A stretch of 64,000 bases of DNA from Euryarchaeota archaeon UBA103. GTDB taxonomy: Archaea; Thermoplasmatota; Poseidoniia; Poseidoniales; Thalassarchaeaceae. The DNA lies in contig DAYH01000023.1 in the NCBI GenBank assembly GCA_002506825.1, positions 92,905-156,904 of the forward strand. The letters are read 5' to 3'. The notes beneath the pieces were generated by a model. The model made no database searches, was not told where the DNA came from, and worked only from the letters and a program-made list of their open reading frames with translations. Within the stretch, counting starts at the first letter, position 1, and each line of letters starts with the position of its first letter. The position numbers were made by a program, and so were the translations under genes. Shown one piece after another: positions 17,513 through 25,300 of this stretch.

Positions 17513-18754
17513 ATGGAGTTCGATATTTTCTTCTCCATTTCGCAGACGCCGGATACCTCTGGTTTTGTCCCGAGTGAGAGTGAGATGTTCTCCAACTTCC
17601 TAAATCAGGCTGAACATGCTGATAAGCTTGGATTTGGAATTGGTTGGATAGCCCAGGCCCACCTATCAACAGAGATACAGAAAAGGAATACAAATCCAGT
17701 AGTGCCACACTACCCGGGGGAGGTGGGGCTTTGTACTGACTTCTTCCAGATTGCTCAGAAGGTTCTCTCTCGTACGGAAAGGATGGAGGTAGGTAGCGCA
17801 GTAATGAGTATCCTGGCTTCCGGCGGACCCATTGCTCAAGCGGAGAGAGTTGGATCATTCCTATCCTTACATGGACTCGATTCTGATGAAACAAGGAGGT
17901 TGCATATTGGATTCAGTGCCGGTAGGTTTGAGTTCATGGCTAGGCCATATGGAATAGTTCCTCGAGACCCAGTTGAGGAAGCAGCATGGCCCGCCCTTAG
18001 GGGAAGAGTTTTCGCAGAAGCATCTGAGATATTCCTTCGACTACTCAGAGGTGATGTTGTATCTAGCGATATGATTGGAAAGACCATCTTGACTAGGGCG
18101 AACTTCAGGAGCGATGAAGATTGGACCAGAGTCCAAGAAGAGGCCGTATCACATCATAGTTTGAGTGGTTTGCCTGAATCAATAGAGATTCCAAATAGAT
18201 ATGATTTTGAGGAGATAAAGATAATTCCTCAAGATTGGAATCGAGATCTTCTGAATTTAGTTCTTGGGAGTCACGACCCTGTCCTGCAGAAGGAGGTTAA
18301 CCACTGGATTCCTGTTCAGGTATTCAACCTCTCAATAACTCCACCTAGAATAATAGAGGAGACTCATGAGAGAATGAGAGAGTCTTACCACGTGGATGGT
18401 GGCCCATGGGAGCGGTCGATGATGCCCCGTACGGTCATGATTTTCATTAATGAAGAGGATTCTTTGAGTTCAGAAGAAAGGAGCTCTGAGGCTAAAATTG
18501 AGGCCAAGTCTGCCCTTTCTACATACTGGAGTGCCTTAGAAGGAACCATTGACCCTTCAAAGGTTGACAGGGCCGTGGACAACGCAGTGATAGGTAACGC
18601 TGAGGAAGTCGCACAACAAATTATTGAGAGGTTTGATTCCAATGATCGTTTGATGTGCTGGTTTGACTTCTTCAATCATGACAGTGAAAGGGTGATGAGG
18701 AACATGACTGCATTCATGACTAAGGTAGTCCCCCGAATCAATGGAGGGACATAG
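17513..18754 (+). CDS. Luciferase-like monooxygenase (LLM-class flavin-dependent oxidoreductase), LuxA-like layout
   Basis: The N-terminus MEFDIFFSISQTP...GFGIGWIAQAHLS parallels LuxA MKFGNFLLTYQPP...TVWLLEHHF. The C-terminus AEEVAQQIIERFDSNDRLMCWFDF parallels the LuxA C-terminal region. GAGGGG lies 5 nt upstream of ATG 17513. An alternative ATG at 17501 overlaps the SDR stop. Confidence 0.7.
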   Translation: MEFDIFFSISQTPDTSGFVPSESEMFSNFLNQAEHADKLGFGIGWIAQAHLSTEIQKRNTNPVVPHYPGEVGLCTDFFQIAQKVLSRTERMEVGSAVMSILASGGPIAQAERVGSFLSLHGLDSDETRRLHIGFSAGRFEFMARPYGIVPRDPVEEAAWPALRGRVFAEASEIFLRLLRGDVVSSDMIGKTILTRANFRSDEDWTRVQEEAVSHHSLSGLPESIEIPNRYDFEEIKIIPQDWNRDLLNLVLGSHDPVLQKEVNHWIPVQVFNLSITPPRIIEETHERMRESYHVDGGPWERSMMPRTVMIFINEEDSLSSEERSSEAKIEAKSALSTYWSALEGTIDPSKVDRAVDNAVIGNAEEVAQQIIERFDSNDRLMCWFDFFNHDSERVMRNMTAFMTKVVPRINGGT

Positions 18755-19927
18755 ATGGGAGGTCGTGATAATGTTCCTTCTTCGGTATCCCCCGGAAGGC
18801 CGGGATCCTCTCTTTACCCCTCTAATCCACTGGGGGAAAGGCATGATGGCATTGCCACGGGAAGGGATGTTGAATGGGAGCCTTTGGTAGATTTTCGAAG
18901 AATGGATATCTCGGAGAATACCATACATGGTGCAATAGCTTGGGCCCATGGGAATGAAATCATACATTCTTTCGGAGGTAATGTTCTGGTTTACGGTAGA
19001 TCGATGATGAAGCCATTTACAATGAAAGTCTTCAGCGAGGCCCTCTCCAATGTTGGCCTTACTTCGGAACAAATGGCCATTTCATGCTCATCTCATAACG
19101 GAGATACTGAACATGTTGCTGCGGCTCAGTCAATGCTGAGTGAATCTGAATGGGGCCTGATGCAATGCCCACTAGATGTCCCATTAATCCAGTTTGGAAG
19201 GCAGGTAAGGAGGCCTAGGAGATGGTTTCATACATGCTCTGGAGAACATGCGGCGATGCTCAAAGGAATGAGGCTGATGGGAATTAGTAGAGCTGGTTAC
19301 ACCCTCCCTAGCTCTGGTTGGTTTCCACTGTACCTAGATGTACTCAGAAGAATGATGGGTAAGCCAGATTGGGAGCCTCTGAGAGTAGCAAAGGATGGGT
19401 GCGGCCTGCCTACAGTATCGAATACTGTAGATGAGTTGGCAGTAATGATGGCTGGACTGGCCTTTGAGAAGGATGATGACTGGATTTGGGATGCGATGAC
19501 CGAGCATCCAGATCTGGTAGGAGGGTTCAACAGACTGGATTCAACCTGCCTCAAAGCAGGCGAGGGTAAAATTCTGGCGAAGGAAGGGGCGGATGGCCTA
19601 CTAGGCCTTTCCGTGGACCATCCCGACTGGCCAAATGGCCTAGGGATAGTTATCAAAATAGCTCATGGTTGGAATAGTCAGGCTACTTGGTATGTTGCCA
19701 GAGCCGTCTTAGGGGTATTGGGCGTCGAACTAAGAAACCCATATCCTTTGCATCGTCAGAAGGCGTTTATTGTTCCGGGAATTGTTCCCGATAGTATGCG
19801 AGAGGCCCTTGAAGAGGTTGTCACTTGGGACGAATGGGACCCCGATAGAGATAGATTCTCGATGGACTGGAGGGATTATTCTGAGGGAGCGACACGAGAA
19901 AACCCCTTTGCTAATGAGGGGTCCTGA
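18755..19927 (+). CDS. Asparaginase_II (Rhizobium AnsA-type) family protein
   Basis: Colinear motif matches to R. etli AnsA as I recall it: RSMMKPFTMK, SCSSHNGDTEHV, CSGEHAAML, KDGCGLPT and EHPDLVGG. The gene starts on the base after the LLM stop. Confidence 0.65.
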   Translation: MGGRDNVPSSVSPGRPGSSLYPSNPLGERHDGIATGRDVEWEPLVDFRRMDISENTIHGAIAWAHGNEIIHSFGGNVLVYGRSMMKPFTMKVFSEALSNVGLTSEQMAISCSSHNGDTEHVAAAQSMLSESEWGLMQCPLDVPLIQFGRQVRRPRRWFHTCSGEHAAMLKGMRLMGISRAGYTLPSSGWFPLYLDVLRRMMGKPDWEPLRVAKDGCGLPTVSNTVDELAVMMAGLAFEKDDDWIWDAMTEHPDLVGGFNRLDSTCLKAGEGKILAKEGADGLLGLSVDHPDWPNGLGIVIKIAHGWNSQATWYVARAVLGVLGVELRNPYPLHRQKAFIVPGIVPDSMREALEEVVTWDEWDPDRDRFSMDWRDYSEGATRENPFANEGS

Positions 19928-21360
19928 TGAAAATACTGAACTATATCAAAGGTAAATTTAACGAGCCGATATCCTCAGAATGGATGGATAATTTTTCACC
20001 TTCTACTGGTGAGGTTATCGGAAGTATTCCCCTATCAGGGGATGCTGATGTCAGATCTGCAATCGCTGCCGCCAAGAGCGCCCTTCCGGAATGGAGTAGT
20101 CTTGACCCATCCGATAGGGCTCTTTGGTTGGATAAGATAGCTGACTGCCTAGAAGAGAAATTCGAGGAGATCGCACACTTAGAGAGCATGGATACTGGGA
20201 AGCCCATATCTCTGGCCCGATCGGTTGATGCAAGGAGATCGGTCTCAAACTTCAGATTCTTCTCAGAAATGATCAGAGATAGGGAAGATGAGGTTTTTGA
20301 GATGGAAGATGCCACTAATATAGTGAAGCTTAGAGCTGTTGGAGTTGGTGCACTAATCACTCCTTGGAATCTACCACTATACCTCCTTTCATGGAAGGTT
20401 GCTCCGGCCATTGGCATGGGCAATACCGTAGTCTGTAAGCCTAGTGAGCTAACCCCTCTAACTGCTGACCTCCTAATGAGGGTAATAGACGAGGTGGGCC
20501 TACCGCCGGGTGTGGTCAATCTCGTTCATGGAAATGGAAATGCGGGATCGATACTTACTGGCGATCCCGACGTAGACCTTGTCTCGTTCACCGGAGGGAC
20601 ATCTACAGGTGCAAAGGTAGCACAGTCTGCATCTCCTCAATTCAAGAAGTTGAGTTTAGAACTGGGTGGCAAGAATGCTAGTATAGTATTCTCAGATTGT
20701 AATCTGGAAGAAACCGTCAAAGGAGTTACTAGGGCTGCATTTCTAAACCAGGGGCAGGTTTGTTTGTGTGGCTCTAGGATACTCGTGGAAGATCCGATTT
20801 ATGACCAATTCATGGATATGTTCGTAGAGTCCGTAGAGTCTATGGTCATTGGTGATCCAATGCATGAGGATACCGACCTAGGAGCCTTGATTTCCAAGCA
20901 ACACCTAGAGAAGGTTGAGAGTTATGTATCACTAGCTCTGGAGGAGGGTGGAGAAATAGTAACCGGGGGTAAGCCGTGCTTACCGAAAGAATTGGAAGGT
21001 GGAAATTGGATGTCCCCCACAGTAGTGACTGGCCTAGGAACCGAATCAAGATGCTCGACAGAGGAGGTCTTCGGACCGTTTGTTACCGTACATCGGTTCA
21101 ATTCCGAGGAAGATGCAATAAAAATTGCAAATAATACGAGATACGGGTTAGCTGGCAGTATTTGGACTGGCGATATAGAAAGGGGCAAGAGAGTAGCCGA
21201 GAGTATCCATACTGGGATGATCTGGGTAAATACTTGGCTACACAGGGACCTTCGAGTACCTTTTGGGGGGGTTAAGGATAGTGGAGTCGGAAGAGAAGGC
21301 GGGAAATGGAGTATGGGGTTCTTCTCAGAGCCGCTTAATGTATGCCTAAAGCACGATTGA
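19927..21360 (+). CDS. NAD(P)-dependent aldehyde dehydrogenase (ALDH8 / hydroxy- or aminomuconic-semialdehyde-DH-like)
   Basis: ALDH motifs ELGGKNASIVF and NQGQVCLCGSRILV, plus FGGVKDSGVGREGG. The start overlaps the upstream stop (TGATG). Confidence 0.85.
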   Translation: MKILNYIKGKFNEPISSEWMDNFSPSTGEVIGSIPLSGDADVRSAIAAAKSALPEWSSLDPSDRALWLDKIADCLEEKFEEIAHLESMDTGKPISLARSVDARRSVSNFRFFSEMIRDREDEVFEMEDATNIVKLRAVGVGALITPWNLPLYLLSWKVAPAIGMGNTVVCKPSELTPLTADLLMRVIDEVGLPPGVVNLVHGNGNAGSILTGDPDVDLVSFTGGTSTGAKVAQSASPQFKKLSLELGGKNASIVFSDCNLEETVKGVTRAAFLNQGQVCLCGSRILVEDPIYDQFMDMFVESVESMVIGDPMHEDTDLGALISKQHLEKVESYVSLALEEGGEIVTGGKPCLPKELEGGNWMSPTVVTGLGTESRCSTEEVFGPFVTVHRFNSEEDAIKIANNTRYGLAGSIWTGDIERGKRVAESIHTGMIWVNTWLHRDLRVPFGGVKDSGVGREGGKWSMGFFSEPLNVCLKHD

Positions 21361-22385
21361 TGCGCAAGACTGTAAGACATGAGCGCGACGGGCCATTGAT
21401 TAGAATGGCACCTATTGGAATCATCGGAGTTGGCTCATACGTTCCACCCCGTGAAATGAGTAATGATGATTGGGCAGAAATCGTGGATACCAGTGACGAG
21501 TGGATTACTACCAAGACTGGTATGAAAAAAAGAAGGATTGCAGACTCTACTATGTGTACGTCTGACTTAGCCGTAGAGGCCTGCAGAGTGGCATTAGATA
21601 ATTCTGGACTGAAGGCGTCTGATATCGATTTGATTATACTGGCAACATCTTCTCCTGATGTCCCTATGTCTTCAACGGCTGGAATAGTTCAGCATAAGCT
21701 AGGTTGTACGGATTGTGTTGCTTTTGACGTCAATGCGGTATGTGCTGGTTGGGTTCATGCGCTGGATATAGGATCCAGATTTGCAGGAACAGAGGGGTAT
21801 GGAAACGTACTAGTTGTTGGATCCGAGGTATACTCTAGAATCCTGAATTGGGAAGATCGTTCTACTTGTGTACTATTTGGAGATGGTGCAGGGGCCGTGG
21901 TACTTTCCCAGGTCCCAGAGGGGAAGGGAATTATTGGATCATGGATGATGAGTGATGGCTCTGGATCCAGCGTTATTGAGATTCCTGCAGGAGGGGTCAG
22001 GATTCCGATCCCTAGTGAAGGTTTCAAAGATGGAATGCAATACTTTCACATGGACGGGAGGGCCGTTTGGGACTTTGCAATCGAGGCGTTTCCTCAAGCG
22101 GTATTATCAGTTCTCGAAAGATATGGAAAAACTATAGATGAAGTTGATCTTATTGTACCTCATCAGGCCAACATAAATATCATTGAGAAGGGGATGGAGA
22201 AGCTAGGACTCCCCATGGACAGAACGTTCACGAATCTCCATAAGTATGGAAATACGGCGGGGGCGAGTGTCCCTATTGCAATGCATGAGGCATTCGAAGA
22301 AATGAAGATCGTAGAAGGGGACCTGGTCGTCACCGTTGCATTTGGTGGTGGCTTGGCATGGGGCGCTAATCTCATTCAGTTCTAA
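21360..22385 (+). CDS. 3-oxoacyl-ACP synthase III (KAS III / FabH-like) condensing enzyme
   Basis: Cys-His-Asn triad motifs are present: NAVCAGWVHAL, VPHQANINII and YGNTAGASVPIAM. Possible starts are ATG 21360 (overlapping the ALDH stop), 21342 or 21405. Confidence 0.8.
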   Translation: MRKTVRHERDGPLIRMAPIGIIGVGSYVPPREMSNDDWAEIVDTSDEWITTKTGMKKRRIADSTMCTSDLAVEACRVALDNSGLKASDIDLIILATSSPDVPMSSTAGIVQHKLGCTDCVAFDVNAVCAGWVHALDIGSRFAGTEGYGNVLVVGSEVYSRILNWEDRSTCVLFGDGAGAVVLSQVPEGKGIIGSWMMSDGSGSSVIEIPAGGVRIPIPSEGFKDGMQYFHMDGRAVWDFAIEAFPQAVLSVLERYGKTIDEVDLIVPHQANINIIEKGMEKLGLPMDRTFTNLHKYGNTAGASVPIAMHEAFEEMKIVEGDLVVTVAFGGGLAWGANLIQF

Positions 22386-25300
22386 TTGACAGGGCCCCAA
22401 GAGCCGGTAGACTGGTTGAAAGAGAGGATTGAACCATCTGGATTCTGACAGTACACATTGCCCGTATTATCGACCCAAACAAGTTGCCCGTTTTCATTCA
22501 TCTTAGCATCACTGGGAGGCTTAATTGACTCTATTCTTCTTTCTTCTGGCTGAGGGGATGTAGAGATGGGGACTGAAACATTTGAGTATATTGTAGACTC
22601 ATTTCTTACCATACCAGAATCATCTGATTGAGAGAATAATGACTGATCATTTTCCCCTCTCCCCCTCACAAAGAGCAGTCCTCCGAGGGCGCCTATCACT
22701 ACGACAGAAACTAGTGCCGTGAAAATAAGCATTGTTGTTGATTCCTCGGCTACTTGTCTGTCAGGATCGTTTGGGAATGCATCTCCGTTGTCTCCTACGC
22801 CATCTAGGTCTGAGTCTTCCCACTCAAATGGATCTAGGGGGAAGTCATCTACGCCGTCCATGAATCCATCATCATCAGAATCTGGATCGGTAGCACTTGT
22901 ATTTCTTGCATCTTCCTCCATATCGGACGAGCCATCATTGTCATCATCAGTATCCGAGTTATCCCCTATGCCGTCCATGTCATTATCATTCCACTCGGTC
23001 GAATCTAGAGGGAGGTCGTCTTGCAAATCTGGGAATCCATCATTGTCATCGTCATCGTCCTCTTCTGAATCCTTACAGCCATCTAGATCATTGTCGATAT
23101 CTACTGTGCTGGCCCACCCAACTAAGCCTATTGGACATCTATCGAAGATATCATCAATTCCATCTCCATCATCGTCCAAATCCACTTCATCATGGAGCCT
23201 ATCCCCATCTGAGTCGAGAAGGCAATCATCCGCTGATGTAGAAGATTCTTGCAGGGTAATCATATCTTCAGGACATTTTTCTGTAGCTATACTTCGTGTC
23301 GATGGTACGAACTCATCGAGTGGAGCGGGCGTCTGCTGGGCCTGTCCTTGTTCAGATACGAAGAATCCTATGTCTGCATCTATGCAAGTTGATTGGCCTG
23401 GGGATGGCTGGAAAGTTCCCGGCAGACATTCTTCTTGTGAAACAGATGCTTCGGATGAAGTGAAGAACCCTGGGCTTGCATCTAGGCAGGCTGATTGCCC
23501 TGGAGTTGGCTGATAAGTTCCAGGCACGCATGGATTCTGATTGTTAGAGCCTTCAGAGAGTGTGTAGTAGCCCGGTTCGGTCAGCATGCAGGATATCTGT
23601 CTTGTCTGATTCTGGTAGCTCCCTGGCATACACGGAGTCTGCTCGGAAGAACCGGAAGAGTCGGCATAGTATCCCTCTTCTGAGTCCAAGCAAGCTGATT
23701 GGCTTGTTGCGGATTCATCCGGGTTGTAAGTTCCCGCGGGACATGGATTTTGGGAAGTGGACATTTCTGAGTCTACATAGAAGCCAGAATCCGCATTGAT
23801 GCAATTTTGCTGGCCGGGCGAAGGCTGATATTCTCCTATCTGACATTCTTCTTGGCTATCTTCGCCTGATAATTCGACGAAGTGTCCGGGATCTGCCTGC
23901 AAGCATGATTCTTGTCCAGCATACGGCTGATAGTCTCCCGGAGAGCATGGAGTCTGGTACGAAGCTCCGAGAATTGCCGAGTAGTTCCCTGGATCGGCTT
24001 CTAGACAAGCGGTAGAGCTGTTTGCCCCAGATACTGGGTTATAGCTTCCAGAGGAGCATGGAATCTGTGTAGATGATGCATTGCTATCTGTGTAGAACCC
24101 GGGACTGGCCTCTAGACATTCGGTGAGTCCAGCCTGATTAGCCCAATAACCAGGGAGGCAGGGAGAAGGCGATGTAGCTCCTCCTGAGTCGATATAGTAG
24201 CCTGGTGGCGCTGGAGTGCAAGAAGTCTGCCCAGACATAGATTGGTAGAATCCGGAAGTACAGGGGGTCTGGTAGGAGGAGCCATTGCTAGGGACGGCAT
24301 GCCCGGGGTCTGCATCTAAGCAAGACTGAGAGCTATTGGCCGCATCTGATGGATTGTAGGTACCAGCTGAGCAGGGAGTCTGAGTAGTAGAGCCAGGCTG
24401 CTCTACGTAGTATCCCGGATACGCGTCGATACACTCTGTTGCCATGTAAGAAGACTGGAATGTTCCAGGCTGGCACGGAGTTTGTGATGAAGACGCATTC
24501 GATGGGACGTAGTTACCAGGGGTCGCCTGCAGACACAGTGTCTGATTCGAAGATGGCTGATAGAAACCGGGATCGCAGGCTATCTGTGAGATGCTTGCAA
24601 TTCCGGGCACATAATGCCCCGGAGATGACGATAGACAGGATTGCTGAGCAGACAGTGGCTGGTAATATCCCGGATCGCAGGGGATTTGGGATGTCGAGCT
24701 GTAGTTAGGAACATGATGTCCGGAAGAGGCGTCAATACAGGAGGTAGAGCCATTAGAAGGCTGATATGTTCCCGGTGAGCAAGCAGTTTGGTTAGAAGAC
24801 CCAGAGGTCACGACATAGTTCCCAGCAGACGCGACGATACATGCCACCTGTGCAAATGAAGACTGGTAGTTTCCTGGGCTGCATTGTGTTTGGGAAGTTG
24901 CTCCTGGTTGAGGAACGTAGTTACCAGGGGAAGATGGAGTCTGGAAAGAGGACCCGCTCAGGGATACAAAGTAACCCTGACTAGCCTGCATACATGAAAT
25001 TTGACCGGATAGAGGCTGGTACGATCCAGGGGCACACATATCCTCAGAAGTTGCTCCGACTGAGGAGACATACCTTCCGGGGGAGGCGTTATCGCATGAA
25101 CCGCTACCAGTTTTTCCCTGATAAGTTCCTGGCTGGCACTGGAAGAATCCGACTTGTATCTCTGCGTCGATTGACTCTGTTTGATTACCGATGGCCGAGT
25201 TGTCGAGAGTTGATTTTAGAGTAAGTGTGAAACTATAATTCCCAGAGCTTGAGTTATTAGGGGTAACTGAAATAAGTAATGACGAAGCATTCGTGAAGGA

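Noticed and set aside
17513-18754. The idea that the LuxA-like LLM with a flavin reductase and an ALDH is a lux-type bioluminescence system
   Set aside because: LLMs are a very broad family. There is no LuxB paralogue and no LuxCDE fatty-acid reductase in the window. The N- and C-terminal resemblance to LuxA is fold-level only.
22719-23513. 264-aa Ser-rich ORF antisense to the acidic TSP3 block of the giant gene
   Set aside because: It arises from reading GAT/GAC-rich Asp-repeat DNA on the opposite strand. It has no start context or motifs.
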